Source of the DNA: Bryobacterales bacterium
Lineage (GTDB): Bacteria; Acidobacteriota; Terriglobia; Bryobacterales; UBA6623
Direction of reading: 5' to 3'
Length of the DNA: 64,000 nucleotides
Assembly (NCBI GenBank): GCA_965222095.1
Contig: CBDCTD010000001.1
Span: forward strand, 665,452-729,451
Of the stretch, positions 34,947-45,692 are shown piece by piece. Every line of letters starts with the position of its first letter. Position 1 is the stretch's first letter. A model generated the notes under the pieces. It was given only the letters and a program-made list of their open reading frames with translations, did not search any database and was not told where the DNA came from. The position numbers and the translations under genes are program-made.

Positions 34947-35864
34947 GTGCGGAAACGTGGGTGGCTAAGGAATCGAGCGGAATTCTGCCTGGTTTGGCCG
35001 CTGCTCAAGACCCTGGAATGGCTCCCCCTTGCCCCTGCTCGCGGGTTTTCTGCCGCCATCGCCCGGCTCCTGTACCTCGTAACCCCCCGCCGCAAGGCTG
35101 TTGCGTATCGCAACTTGTCGTTGGCTTTTCCCGAGACGTCTGACGCTCGTCGAAGACAGATCGTTCGGGGCGCGTACGACAATTTGGGCCGGGTTCTGCT
35201 GGCGGTTGCACGTTTGCCCCGTTTGAATCCCTCAAACATCCGCGAGTGGATCGCTTATGAGGGGTTCGAGCACTACGACTCCGCTATCAAGAAGGGTCGG
35301 GGGGTGTTGTTTCTAACGGCTCACCTGGGCAATTGGGAACTCAGCGCCGTCGCTCATGCGCTCTTTGGGAACCCGATGCACGTGATGGTGCGTCCGCTGG
35401 ACAACCCTCTGCTTGATCGCCTCTTGGATAGCCATCGCACCCAGTGCGGGAACCGTACCATCCCGAAACAGGAGTTCGGTCGCGGGATCTTGCGCGCGCT
35501 TCGAGACAACGAGCCCGTCGGGATTTTGTTTGACCAGAACATCTCGGACGAGCCCGGCTGGTTCGTCGATTTCTTTGGCGTCAAAGCCAGCGCCAGCCCC
35601 GGCTTCGCGAAGGTGGCTATGCGGACCGGCGCGACTGTGATTCCGGGGATAGCTGCCTGGAAGGCTCGCGAGCGCCGTTACGTTCTGAAGTTTTACCCTC
35701 CGCTGGAGATGACTTCAACCGGCGATGAAGCGAGCGACCTGATCGTCAACACCCAGCGGTGCCACAGGGCGATCGAGCGAATGATCCGTGACTATCCCGA
35801 GCAGTGGCTGTGGATGCACCGCCGCTGGAAGATTCGTCCCGACGGCGAACCTTCCCTCTACTGA
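34947..35864 (+). CDS. lpxL: Lipid A late acyltransferase (LpxL/HtrB family)
   Basis: LTAHLGNWE (HxxxxE), RPLDNPLLD, LFDQN, FVDFFG, YPEQWLWMHRRWK; GTG 34947 inferred as true start. Confidence 0.88.
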   Translation: MRKRGWLRNRAEFCLVWPLLKTLEWLPLAPARGFSAAIARLLYLVTPRRKAVAYRNLSLAFPETSDARRRQIVRGAYDNLGRVLLAVARLPRLNPSNIREWIAYEGFEHYDSAIKKGRGVLFLTAHLGNWELSAVAHALFGNPMHVMVRPLDNPLLDRLLDSHRTQCGNRTIPKQEFGRGILRALRDNEPVGILFDQNISDEPGWFVDFFGVKASASPGFAKVAMRTGATVIPGIAAWKARERRYVLKFYPPLEMTSTGDEASDLIVNTQRCHRAIERMIRDYPEQWLWMHRRWKIRPDGEPSLY

Positions 35865-36064
35865 CGGATCACACGGTCGTCGCAGCCCGCCTGGCCCCGT
35901 GTTTAATAACGATAATCGCGGCTTCCACGACTCTTGGTTCCCGGCAGGATTGCTTTGGCGGAGGACCACTCGCCAGTACCTGTGCGCACGACGCGATCAG
36001 TGGAGTCGCCGAGGCTTCCGGTATACTGAGACCTGGGTATCCTGCGCCTTTTGAAAGGGTCTTC

Positions 36065-38140
36065 GTGATCACCAACCTTGTGCGGGCCGCATATCGCGCT
36101 GTCCTCCCGTCTCTAATTCTAGTGCTGTTCACGCTAGGTCGGCCTGCCGCGGGAGCGGAGGGCAATGCGGGTCCCCCGGAGTCGCCTGATCGATCACAGG
36201 CCTACTATCACTACGCGCTGGCGCACCTCGATGAGCAGCGCTGGATGCAGCATGGCAGCAAGAAGTACCTCCTGAATGCGATCGAGCAGTATCAGGCAGC
36301 CATTGAGGCCGACCACGAGTCGGGTTACCTCAGGCGAAAGCTGATTCGTCTTTACGCTCGAGCTGGTCGGGTGGACGAGGCGATTTCGAATGCTAAGGAC
36401 ATTCTCCAACAGGATCCCGACAACGTCGAGGTTCGACGCCTTCTTGGGGAGATTTACCATAATCTTTCGGTTGAACGCCCTCGCGGGGAGCCGAAAGAAT
36501 CCCTGCTGCGCCAAGCCATTGAACAATACGAAAAGATCCAGCAGATTGACCCCGACGACAAAGATTCTCTGCTGCAATTGGCCAACCTCTATCGGCAAAC
36601 GAGGGAGCAAGAGAAAACCGAGGCGGCGCTGAAGAAGCTGCTGGACCTCGAGCCGGATTCCGCAGCGGCGACTGCCAACCTGGCGTTCCTTTACCTGGAT
36701 AGGGGCAACACCCAACAGGCGATTGAACTGTTGGAGAGATTGGAGGGCCAGGGCGAGGCCTCTCCCAATCACCTCAAGGCGTTAGGCACCGCCTACGAAA
36801 GAGCCGGTGAGCACGAGAAGGCGAGCAAAGTCTTTGGACAATTGCTCCAAAAGGGTGGCAACTCCATACAGAATCGTCGTTCTCTAGCCCATAATTTGGT
36901 CCTCTCCGGTCAGTTTGAGAGCGCACTAAAGGAATATAAGGAGCTGGTCAGAGCGCAGCCAAGAGATTCCGAGCACCACTTACGGCTTTCGCAGATCTAC
37001 CGCGAGCTGCGGCGCTTTCGAGAAGCGAGAGCGAGCTTGCGCGAGGCCGAAGTTCTCGACCCACAGTCGCTTGAAATCAAATACAACGATGTACTGCTTC
37101 TCGAGGCCGAAGGCAAAGCGCTTGAGGCTGTCGAGGCGCTTAGCAAACTTCTGGAGTCGACCGCCAAAGACAGCTACTCCCCGCGCGAGGAACGGAATCG
37201 GGCGATGTTCTACGAGCAGCTGGGGATGCTCTATAAGACTCTTGAAGACTATGCCGCGGCGGAAGAAGCCTTTCGCGCCATGGGCGAAGTCGATGAGAGG
37301 GCCAAGCCCCGCTCCTGGGCGCATTTGATTGAGGCCTCCCGGGCCGCCCGCCGCTACGACCAGGCGAAGGCCCTTGCTGCCTCCGCCGGCGAGGAATTCC
37401 CCGATAATGCTCCCCTGGCCCGGCTCCGGGCAACCGTACTGGCGGAGATAGGCGAATTTGAGAAAGGGGCAAAGATACTCCAAGCTCTGTTGGCGGGCGA
37501 CGCCGCCGACTGGGAGATCTACCTGGCCCTGGCCGGCGTGTACGAGAAGGGAAAGCGGTTCGATCAGGCCGTCGAGGCCATTCAGAAAGCGCAGGAGTTG
37601 TCAACGAACGAACGGGAAGAACGGGCGGCCTTGTTCACCCACGGTTCCGTCCTTGAGCGGGCAAAGCGTTTCGACGACGCTCAGGAAAAGTTTGAAGACC
37701 TGCTCAAAGTGGATCCCGATAACGCTTCGGCGTTGAATTACCTGGGCTATATGCTGGCTGATCGCAATGTGCGCCTCGACCACGCCCATGAGCTGATCCA
37801 GAAGGCCCTCGATCTCGATCCCAACAATGGCGCTTACCTCGACAGCTTGGGGTGGCTCTATTATCGGCAGGACAAGCTGGAACTCGCGGAACGATATCTT
37901 CTCCGCTCACACGAGCAATACAAGCACGATCCCATTGTGCTGTCTCATCTGGGCGACGTTTACCACAAGCTGGGCAAATTGGACAAAGCCAAGCACCACT
38001 GGGAGCGGTCACTGCAAGAATGGCAGCGGTCCCCGAAGGCGGATCAAGACCCGTCCGAGATGAGCTCTCTTGAAAAGAAACTAGGCCAGCTGAAGCTGAC
38101 CTCCTCCGGAGCGTTTTCTTCAAAGAAAAAAGGGCAGTAG
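36065..38140 (+). CDS. Secreted tetratricopeptide repeat protein
   Basis: Signal-like N-terminus, many TPRs, ALNYLGYMLAD and YLDSLGWLYY. Confidence 0.88.
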   Translation: MITNLVRAAYRAVLPSLILVLFTLGRPAAGAEGNAGPPESPDRSQAYYHYALAHLDEQRWMQHGSKKYLLNAIEQYQAAIEADHESGYLRRKLIRLYARAGRVDEAISNAKDILQQDPDNVEVRRLLGEIYHNLSVERPRGEPKESLLRQAIEQYEKIQQIDPDDKDSLLQLANLYRQTREQEKTEAALKKLLDLEPDSAAATANLAFLYLDRGNTQQAIELLERLEGQGEASPNHLKALGTAYERAGEHEKASKVFGQLLQKGGNSIQNRRSLAHNLVLSGQFESALKEYKELVRAQPRDSEHHLRLSQIYRELRRFREARASLREAEVLDPQSLEIKYNDVLLLEAEGKALEAVEALSKLLESTAKDSYSPREERNRAMFYEQLGMLYKTLEDYAAAEEAFRAMGEVDERAKPRSWAHLIEASRAARRYDQAKALAASAGEEFPDNAPLARLRATVLAEIGEFEKGAKILQALLAGDAADWEIYLALAGVYEKGKRFDQAVEAIQKAQELSTNEREERAALFTHGSVLERAKRFDDAQEKFEDLLKVDPDNASALNYLGYMLADRNVRLDHAHELIQKALDLDPNNGAYLDSLGWLYYRQDKLELAERYLLRSHEQYKHDPIVLSHLGDVYHKLGKLDKAKHHWERSLQEWQRSPKADQDPSEMSSLEKKLGQLKLTSSGAFSSKKKGQ

Positions 38141-38321
38141 CGGCAAAAGCAGCCGCTGCGTGCTGGGCTTTCGAGCGGCCGACCCGACCGTTTGTGGGAT
38201 GTCCAGAGCAGTGAGCGGATTCAGTGGGCACGCGCGAAGTTCTGCGAGCAGTCTTCGAAGCTCCCGCAGAGCGTGGACATCCTACACTTGCTCAGCTTGC
38301 GGCCTAAATCTCCTATGGCTA

Positions 38322-39305
38322 ATGGCAATCGGTTGGTTGGCGACCGCTACTTGCTCGGCGCAGGTTCGCTTTAGCCGAAGTGAAGGCAAGATCGGGATCC
38401 AGATCGACGGCCAGCCGTTCTCAACCTTGCACTTCGGTCCCCGGACGACCAAGCCGTTCCTACACCCGCTCCGCGCCGCCGACGGAACCATCGTAACGCG
38501 CGCGTACCCCATGGAAGATGTCGCGGGTGAGTCCAAAGATCACCCCCACCACCGGGGACTATGGTTCAGCCACGGTGACGTCAACGGCATTGACTTCTGG
38601 GCGAATGAACCGACACAGGAGCCGAAGTCAACAAAGGGGCGCATCGTTTTGCGTGATGTTCCAAGCATCGAGACAACGAAGAACGACGCGGGCGGCACGG
38701 GAAAACTCCAGATCCTCTTCGCTTGGAAGACTCTTGACGGGTCAGTCCTGCTGACAGAAGATAGGACGATGGTGTTTCACGCCGGGTCGAACAATCGCAT
38801 CGTGGACTTCGATCTAAGCTTGACCGCGCGGGCCGAGCTCGTGACATTGGGCGATACAAAAGAAGGGACATTCGCGTTGCGGGTCGCTACGCCGATGGAA
38901 GAGAGTCACGAGATGGCCCAGGGCGTCCAGAGAACCGGAACGATTCTAAGTGCTGACGGCAGGGCTGGTGAGCACAAAGTCTGGGGTACGCGCTCCCCTT
39001 GGGTCGACTACAGCGGCGTGATCGAAGGGAAGCGAGTCGGCATTGCCGTTTTCGATCATCCCGAAAATCCGCGGCATCCTACGTATTGGCATGTTAGAAG
39101 CTATGGTCTATTCGCCGCGAACATGTTCGGATTGAACCACTTCCTTTCCGACCCATCGGCCGATGGAAGTCAGACGCTCCGGCGCGACGACTCGCTGCGG
39201 TTCCGCTACCGGCTTGTGATCCATCCAGGGGATGCGGCGGAAGCCCAGGTCGCGAGCCTTTACCAAGATTACGCCCAGCGAACTAGCGGAGCGGGCGGGG
39301 AGTAG
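38322..39305 (+). CDS. DUF6807 ('PmoA family'-annotated) secreted protein
   Basis: KPFLHPLR, DHPHHRGLWFSHGDVNG, FDHPENP.HP..WHVR.YG; start uncertain. Confidence 0.8.
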   Translation: MAIGWLATATCSAQVRFSRSEGKIGIQIDGQPFSTLHFGPRTTKPFLHPLRAADGTIVTRAYPMEDVAGESKDHPHHRGLWFSHGDVNGIDFWANEPTQEPKSTKGRIVLRDVPSIETTKNDAGGTGKLQILFAWKTLDGSVLLTEDRTMVFHAGSNNRIVDFDLSLTARAELVTLGDTKEGTFALRVATPMEESHEMAQGVQRTGTILSADGRAGEHKVWGTRSPWVDYSGVIEGKRVGIAVFDHPENPRHPTYWHVRSYGLFAANMFGLNHFLSDPSADGSQTLRRDDSLRFRYRLVIHPGDAAEAQVASLYQDYAQRTSGAGGE

Positions 39306-39338
39306 TCGGCTGGTGTCGCTGCTTCGGCGGCCGCGGCC

Positions 39339-40304
39339 TTAGCCGCTCAGGTATTCGCCGGCCGGCCGGCCGTTGTACGCTGCCTTAGTGTCGCGTTTCC
39401 AATCTTCGAGGCCAGGGCCGGATATCCCTTGCGCCTGCTCCCGAATCTGAGCCATCCGCTCGGAATCGTAGCGCTTGAACTGCTGCGCGATCCTGACGTC
39501 GTCCTCGATTTGGCCGGTCGTTGTGCAACCGACGGTGAGACAGTGGATCGGGAGACTGAGGACGTAGGTTAGGCACTGTTTGACGCTGAAGGACTGTAGT
39601 AACTTCGAATTCGCCAAGCATTTCATGCCCTGAATGCCAAGGTTTTGCTTGCGCGCCTCCGCGAGGACCTGCGTTTCGAAGCTGAGATAGGATGGGTCGG
39701 CGGCATGAAGAGGCATGAGGATGGTATCGAAATCCTTGTAACGCTCCAGCATGGCCAGGTGAACTTCGGGGTCGTGGTGGCCCGTGAATCCAATAAAGCG
39801 GCATTTCCCGGACTTCTTGGCGGCTTCAAAGACCTCGATCGCTCCGCCCGGGCCGAAGACCTTCTCGACGTCGTCCATCGTGGAAGCCGAGTGGATTTGC
39901 CACAGGTCGATGTAGTCGGTCTTCAGGCGTTTTAGCGAAAGGTGCAGTTCACGCTCCGCGCCTTCACGGCTTCGCTCGCCGGTCTTCGTAGTAATGAAGA
40001 CATCCTTGCGGAACGCCGGCAACACGGCACCGTAGACTTCTTCGGACCTACCGTCCCAATAGGAGTGCGCGTTGTCAAAGTAGTTGACGCCCAGCTCATA
40101 GGCTCGCAGAGTGACCGCCTTGGCCTCCTCAAACGAAATCAGCGGGAAGCGGCCGCCGGCTTGGCCGACGATGGTTAGCTTCTCGCCTGTTTTTCCGAAA
40201 GTTCTTTTGGGAATGTCTCCGGTCTTGATCGTCGAGCCACGTGCGCCGTTACTCAGGGCTGCTAAGCCGGCAAAAGCACCGCCTACGAAACTTCTCCGCT
40301 TCAT
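39339..40304 (-). CDS. Aldo/keto reductase with Tat-like signal
   Basis: KRRSF signal, YFDNAHSY, ITTKT, LKTDYIDLWQIH, IGFTGH. Confidence 0.9.
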   Translation of the reverse strand: MKRRSFVGGAFAGLAALSNGARGSTIKTGDIPKRTFGKTGEKLTIVGQAGGRFPLISFEEAKAVTLRAYELGVNYFDNAHSYWDGRSEEVYGAVLPAFRKDVFITTKTGERSREGAERELHLSLKRLKTDYIDLWQIHSASTMDDVEKVFGPGGAIEVFEAAKKSGKCRFIGFTGHHDPEVHLAMLERYKDFDTILMPLHAADPSYLSFETQVLAEARKQNLGIQGMKCLANSKLLQSFSVKQCLTYVLSLPIHCLTVGCTTTGQIEDDVRIAQQFKRYDSERMAQIREQAQGISGPGLEDWKRDTKAAYNGRPAGEYLSG

Positions 40305-40588
40305 GGTTGGCCTCCCTCGGACCTGCCTAATCGTAATGCCATCATATCACCAGCCTGCTGCGACCGCGACAGCGTACCCGCGGTAACGTCGTAGAGACCG
40401 GGCCGGGTCACTCGTTGCCGGCACCGGGGCAGGAATGAACAATAGGCCCGCGGTCGGTCTCCTTCGAGCAGTACCCTGCACGCGGTACATTGGGAGACGC
40501 TGCTGCTCGCAATGCGGCGTCATTCGCCATGACAGTGCGGCATAACGCGGGAGTTCGGCCAGCCCTTCCCCACCAGGCCACGACGCAT

Positions 40589-41392
40589 GTGACGCTCGCC
40601 TCGTCAGGTGAGAGTTCCCGGTTGGCTTGGGTGGCGGCACTGGTAGCGGTACTCCTGGGCGGAAGTTGCCGGCCAAACGGTCCCACCACTTCTCCCACAC
40701 CACTCAGCGTCGCAGCGGCAGCCAATCTGGCAGTTGTATGCGAAGAATTGGGTGCGGCCTTCGAGGCACAGACCGGCGTCAAAGTTCTGTTCAGCTTCGG
40801 TTCGACGGCGTTTCTGGCCCACCAGATTGAAAACGGCGCCCCGTTTGATGTCTATGCCGCCGCCGATGTCGAGCACGTGGACAAGCTCGTGGAGAAAGGT
40901 TTCCTGCTCTCAGAGAGCCGCGCCGTCTACGCTCGTGGCCGGCTGGTGGTCTGGGTCCCTCCCGGCGCCCAGGTGTCCCCCAGCAAGTTGCAAGACCTGG
41001 CCGGTGACGAGATGCGAATCATCGCCCTAGCCAAGCCGGAGGTTGCCCCCTACGGACGTGCTGCGGTCGAAACGCTCCGGTCACTCCGTCTGTGGGATCA
41101 GGTGCAGCCCAAGCTCGTGTACGCCCAAAACGTCCTGATGGCCCGGCAGTTCGCGGAGTCAGGCAACGCCGATGTCGCCTTTACCGCTTCCTCCGTTCTC
41201 AAGGCGGGGGTCGGCCGGCGAATCGAAGTTAACGAGAAACTCCACGGGCCGATCGATCAAGCCCTTGGCATTGTTCGTGGATCTTCACGACTCGAGGATG
41301 CCCGCCGCTTTACGCAGTTCGTCCTTGGCGAGCAGGGCCAATCGTTACTTCGCCGGTTCGGCTACCGCAGCCCACCGCGCGAGGGAGCGTAA
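40589..41392 (+). CDS. modA: Molybdate ABC transporter substrate-binding protein
   Basis: AAAANL, SFGST, IENGAPFDVYAAAD, YARGRL, APYGRAA; lipoprotein-like LLGGSC; start uncertain; no modBC adjacent. Confidence 0.88.
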   Translation: MTLASSGESSRLAWVAALVAVLLGGSCRPNGPTTSPTPLSVAAAANLAVVCEELGAAFEAQTGVKVLFSFGSTAFLAHQIENGAPFDVYAAADVEHVDKLVEKGFLLSESRAVYARGRLVVWVPPGAQVSPSKLQDLAGDEMRIIALAKPEVAPYGRAAVETLRSLRLWDQVQPKLVYAQNVLMARQFAESGNADVAFTASSVLKAGVGRRIEVNEKLHGPIDQALGIVRGSSRLEDARRFTQFVLGEQGQSLLRRFGYRSPPREGA

Positions 41393-41650
41393 CACAGCTC
41401 CTTTTGGCCGCCGGCTGGGATTCGAACCGCCATTGGCTTCCACCCTCCAGCCGGCTTCGATCGCGGCACGTCGCGCCCCTCACCCGTCAAGGAATCACGG
41501 GGATCCCAAGCGGCCAGCCAAAGCACAACACGTACGGCAGGCCCGCATTTTCGGACCTTCGCGACCTGCCTTGGAAACGATATCCTCATGTTTGTTACAC
41601 TGGCGAGTTACCTTCTGAACACCGTTTCGTCCATCAAGGAGTAGCGTAAA

Positions 41651-42466
41651 ATGGCGTTTTTTCTCGCGCTTGTTGTTTGGCTGGTCAGTTTGGGTCTGGT
41701 GATCCCTTTCATCACCAGAACTTGGTGGCTGCCGGATGCCATCACCGAACATGCCAGGCAAGTCGACGACCAATTCATGTTGACTCTCGTCGTCACGGGG
41801 ATCATCTTCATCCTGGCGCAGGGTTCTCTGGGTTACGCCATTCTGCGATTTGGTCGCAAGCGGCCCGAGCCGGCCTCTCCCATTCGGGGCAACGATCGCT
41901 GGGAGATCCTGTGGACAGCCGCGGCCGCCGTCCTCTTTATCGGTTTGACGTTCATGGGATACACCGTTTGGGCCGAAGCGAGGTTCACCAAGGCTCAGTC
42001 CGAAGACCCCGCCACCGATCGGCTCATAGTGGAAGTGACGGGCCAGCAGTTTGTCTGGAACATGCGCTATTCAGGCCGGGACGGCAAGTTCGGCCCGCTC
42101 GATAACAGCTTGATCGACGACTCGATCGGCAACCCGCTGGGTCTCGACCGCGATCACCCCGACGGTCGGGACGACATCATGGTGCCCAGAATGGCGGTGC
42201 CCGTGGGGCGCGAGGTTGAAGTTCTTCTTCGGTCCAAGGACGTCATCCACAACTTCTTCGTTCCGGAGCTACGAATCAAGTTGGACACCGTGCCGGGCCT
42301 AGTAGGCCGCCTTCGTTTTAAGCCCGAGAAGGTCGGTACCTACGAAATCCCTTGTTCGGAACTGTGCGGCCTTGGCCACTACAAGATGAGAAGCTTCCTG
42401 GACGTGATGACGCCGGAGGACTACGAGAGCTGGCTGGAAGAGCAGTATTCTTACCTTGATCTCTAA
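41651..42466 (+). CDS. coxB: Cytochrome c oxidase subunit II
   Basis: WEILWT, GQQFVW, DVIHNF, CSELCGLGHYKM CuA motif. Confidence 0.95.
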   Translation: MAFFLALVVWLVSLGLVIPFITRTWWLPDAITEHARQVDDQFMLTLVVTGIIFILAQGSLGYAILRFGRKRPEPASPIRGNDRWEILWTAAAAVLFIGLTFMGYTVWAEARFTKAQSEDPATDRLIVEVTGQQFVWNMRYSGRDGKFGPLDNSLIDDSIGNPLGLDRDHPDGRDDIMVPRMAVPVGREVEVLLRSKDVIHNFFVPELRIKLDTVPGLVGRLRFKPEKVGTYEIPCSELCGLGHYKMRSFLDVMTPEDYESWLEEQYSYLDL

Positions 42467-42559
42467 GCGCGAGGCGTCAATTCCCCGCTGCCATTCCTGG
42501 CGAGCTGTCATCACGGCGGTTAGCGAAAGCAATCCGGGAGAGTTTGGGAGACCTTGACT

Positions 42560-44356
42560 ATGTCGGAAGTCGCGGAGCACGTCGAAGTTCATCGGCACCC
42601 TGAGCCGAAGGGCTTCGTTTGGAAATACATCTTCAGCCTCGACCACAAGGTCATCGGCATCCAGTACATCATTCTGGCGATTGTGGCCGTCTTCTTGGGC
42701 ATGGGTCTGAGTTTGCTAGTGCGCCTACGTCTGGTTTGGCCCGAGAAGTCTTTTGCGTTGCTCGGCAGCCTGTTTCCCGAAGGAGCGCCCGATGGCGTGA
42801 TGACCCCGGAGTTTTACCTGGCCATGCTTACGATGCACGGAACAATCATGGTCTTCATGGTGCTGACGACAGCGCCCCAGGGGGGCTTTGGCAACTACGT
42901 GCTCCCGATTCAGATCGGGGCGGCAGACATGGCCTTCCCGCGGCTCAACATGCTTTCCTTCTGGACGATTTTCCTTTCCTTCCTCGCCCTGGTGACGGCG
43001 TTTTTTGTGGAAGGAGGCGCGCCGATTTCGGGCTGGACCGCCTATCCACCCCTGAGCGCTATCCCGTCGGCGCAACTGGGCGGCCACGGACAGGATTTCT
43101 GGATCCTCAGCATTGCCCTTTTCTGCATCGGCTCCTTGCTCGGCGCCCTCAACTTCATCGTCACGACGCTGCAGATGCGCTCGAAAGGGCTGACTATGAT
43201 GCGGCTTCCGCTGACCGTCTGGGCTTGGTTTGTCACCGCCGTTTTGGGTTTGCTGGCGTTCGGCGTGCTGCTTTCCGCCGGTGTCTTGCTGCTGATGGAC
43301 CGCCTGGTGGGCACGAGCTTCTTCATACCCGGCGGCCTGGTCGTCAACGACCAGATTATAGATCACACCGGCGGTTCGCCGATCTTGTGGCAGCATCTGT
43401 TCTGGTTCTTCGGCCATCCGGAGGTCTATATCGCCATCCTGCCCGGCATGGGTGTGACCTCGCACATCCTCTCGACCTTCGCCCGCAAAGCGGTCTTCGG
43501 CTACCGGGCGATGGTTTATGCGCTTTGCGGGATTGGAATCCTAGGATTTGCTGTCTGGGGTCATCACATGTTCATCAGCGGGATGAGCCCTTATTCGGCG
43601 TTCGTCTTTTCCGTATTGACGATGGTCATTGGCGTGCCCTCGGCGATCAAGACGTTCAACTGGATCGGCACGTTATGGGGTGCGAAGATTCGGTTCACGA
43701 CGCCGATGCTTTACTCCATCGGGTTCGTCTCCCTTTTCGTCACCGGCGGCATCAGCGGGATCTTTCTAGGCCAGCCTACGATCGATCTCTACTTCCACGA
43801 TACGTACTTCGTTGTAGCTCATTTCCACATGGTCATGGGGGTGGCGGCTATTTTCGGGATGTTTGCGGGAGTGAGTTTCTGGTTTCCCAAAATGTTCGGC
43901 CGCATGATGAGCGAGGGGATGGGCAAGGTTCACTTCTGGATTACCTTCATTGGTGTGTACGCGATCTTCAGCCCCATGCACTATCTGGGCCTGATCCCCC
44001 ATCCGCGCCGATACGCCGAGCTGACCGGGGTTGACTATCTCCAGGGATCGGGCGCGGGCGAGATTCAGTACTTCATCACCATCGCAGCCATGATCACCGC
44101 TACAGCGCAGTTTCTCTGGTTGTTCAACGTGATCTGGAGTCTATTCAAGGGCAAGAAGACCGCGGAGGAAAACCCCTGGGAAGCGACGACGCTCGAGTGG
44201 GCCGTCCCCACGCCACCGCCGCACGATAACTTCGAGGGCAAGATTCCGACGGTGTATCGCGGGCCCTACGAGTTCGCCGTGCCCGGTGCGAAGCGAGACT
44301 TCATCATGCAGTGCAACTCCGACGAGATGGCGTTCGAGAAACCGTCGGGCGACTAG
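42560..44356 (+). CDS. coxA: Cytochrome c oxidase subunit I, A1 type
   Basis: DHKVIG, HGTIM, FGHPEVY, WGHH, HDTYFVVAHFH. Confidence 0.97.
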   Translation: MSEVAEHVEVHRHPEPKGFVWKYIFSLDHKVIGIQYIILAIVAVFLGMGLSLLVRLRLVWPEKSFALLGSLFPEGAPDGVMTPEFYLAMLTMHGTIMVFMVLTTAPQGGFGNYVLPIQIGAADMAFPRLNMLSFWTIFLSFLALVTAFFVEGGAPISGWTAYPPLSAIPSAQLGGHGQDFWILSIALFCIGSLLGALNFIVTTLQMRSKGLTMMRLPLTVWAWFVTAVLGLLAFGVLLSAGVLLLMDRLVGTSFFIPGGLVVNDQIIDHTGGSPILWQHLFWFFGHPEVYIAILPGMGVTSHILSTFARKAVFGYRAMVYALCGIGILGFAVWGHHMFISGMSPYSAFVFSVLTMVIGVPSAIKTFNWIGTLWGAKIRFTTPMLYSIGFVSLFVTGGISGIFLGQPTIDLYFHDTYFVVAHFHMVMGVAAIFGMFAGVSFWFPKMFGRMMSEGMGKVHFWITFIGVYAIFSPMHYLGLIPHPRRYAELTGVDYLQGSGAGEIQYFITIAAMITATAQFLWLFNVIWSLFKGKKTAEENPWEATTLEWAVPTPPPHDNFEGKIPTVYRGPYEFAVPGAKRDFIMQCNSDEMAFEKPSGD

Positions 44357-44357
44357 T

Positions 44358-45047
44358 ATGGCCAGCACCGTCCTGCCAGCAAAACCCAAGCCGGCGATCG
44401 GGAGGGAACAAGAACGCCCGTCGATCGGAGGGGGCGGATTCGGCGACCTCCCCCCCCAGAACGGCGGTGGCGGCGGGGAACCGCGTCCACCCGATCCCGG
44501 CGTGCTCGCGGTTCAGCGGTACAAACTCGGCATCTGGATCGGCTTCGGCGGGATTGTGATGATTTTCGCCGCTTTTACCAGTGCGCTTGTCGTGCGCAAA
44601 GGGTTGGGCGACGACTGGCGCTCAATCCAGTTGCCGGGAATCCTTTGGCTCAGCACGTTGATCCTGCTTGCCAGTAGTGTGACCGTCGAAAAGGCCAGGA
44701 GAGCGATGCGGGCTGGTCTGGAGAGGGGTTTACGGCACTGGCTGGGGGCGACGGCGTTGCTGGGGGCGGCTTTTCTAGCTGCGCAGTACGCAGGCTGGAG
44801 CGAGCTTTCCGCGCAGGGAGTCTACGTGAGTTCGAATCCCAGCAGCTCGTTTTATTACTTGCTCACCGCGGCGCACGGGGTGCACTTGTTGGGCGGCCTG
44901 ATGGCCATGATCTACGTGGTCTGCCGCGTTTGGCGTTCTCGGATCTGGGCCACCCGTGAAGCCGCCGTCGAAGGCGCGGCCCTTTACTGGCACCTGATGG
45001 ACGGCCTTTGGGTCTACTTGTTTGCTTTGATCTTGGTTGGGAGGTAG
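44358..45047 (+). CDS. Cytochrome c oxidase subunit III family, first copy
   Basis: FYYLLTAAHGVHLLGG, LYWHLMDGLW. Confidence 0.9.
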   Translation: MASTVLPAKPKPAIGREQERPSIGGGGFGDLPPQNGGGGGEPRPPDPGVLAVQRYKLGIWIGFGGIVMIFAAFTSALVVRKGLGDDWRSIQLPGILWLSTLILLASSVTVEKARRAMRAGLERGLRHWLGATALLGAAFLAAQYAGWSELSAQGVYVSSNPSSSFYYLLTAAHGVHLLGGLMAMIYVVCRVWRSRIWATREAAVEGAALYWHLMDGLWVYLFALILVGR

Positions 45048-45053
45048 CTGCAC

Positions 45054-45680
45054 ATGTCAGAAGCTCACGGCACGGTCGGCGAGGCCACCTGGAAAGGGGG
45101 CGCGTCGCCCTATGCGGTCGGCGACAAGAAGTTGGGGATGTGGCTGTTCATCGTCTCCGACGCGCTCACATTTGCCGCTCTGATCGTCGCCTACAGTTAC
45201 GTGCGTGTGGCGAACGAATGGCCGACGCCGTTCGACTTCTACCCCGCGATCATCTTTTCCTCGGTGATGACGCTGGTGCTGCTCTCGAGCAGCCTGACGA
45301 TGGTCTTCGGCGTCCAGGCCGGGCACGCCGGCGACCGGCAGGCTGCCAAGAAGTGGATTTGGGCGACGATGCTCGGGGGCATCATCTTCATCGTGCTGCA
45401 CGCGAACGAGTGGATGCACCTAATCCACGAAGGCGTGACGCCGCTCAGCAACCCTTGGGGGACGCCGCTCTTTGGCGGAACGTTTTTCGTTCTGACCGGG
45501 CTCCATATGACCCACGTGGCGATTGGCGTGGTCTACCTAGGCGTCGTTGCTTGGGGCTTCGGTAAGGGAAAGTACGACGGAGAGGACGTCGAGGTCAGCG
45601 GCCTCTATTGGCACTTTGTCGACCTCGTTTGGATGTTCATCTTCCCCATGGTCTATTTGATGTCGACCAAGGTTTCATAA
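45054..45680 (+). CDS. Cytochrome c oxidase subunit III family, second copy
   Basis: GMWLFIVSD, LTGLHMTHV, GLYWHFVDLVW. Confidence 0.92.
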   Translation: MSEAHGTVGEATWKGGASPYAVGDKKLGMWLFIVSDALTFAALIVAYSYVRVANEWPTPFDFYPAIIFSSVMTLVLLSSSLTMVFGVQAGHAGDRQAAKKWIWATMLGGIIFIVLHANEWMHLIHEGVTPLSNPWGTPLFGGTFFVLTGLHMTHVAIGVVYLGVVAWGFGKGKYDGEDVEVSGLYWHFVDLVWMFIFPMVYLMSTKVS

Positions 45681-45692
45681 CGGAGCGAAGCG

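Noticed and set aside
38322-39305. Methane monooxygenase implied by the 'PmoA family' label
   Set aside because: Soluble secreted protein with no TM bundle and no pmoBC; the family name is a misleading annotation
40589-41392. modA without modBC
   Set aside because: Partners may lie elsewhere in the genome; no truncation or mobile signal seen
41410-41455. GGTTCGAATCCC on the minus strand resembling a tRNA T-loop
   Set aside because: T-stem does not pair and there is no cloverleaf; it is a GCCGGCTGG/CCAGCCGGC hairpin, probably REP-like
42619-44034. 471-aa alternative-frame ORF over coxA (likewise 8418-9422, 5190-6023, 54918-55754 and others)
   Set aside because: Frame shadows expected from GC-rich codon usage; low-complexity R/A/P/G translations
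44358-45680. Two subunit III genes in the cox operon
   Set aside because: A known arrangement in this lineage, not unusual
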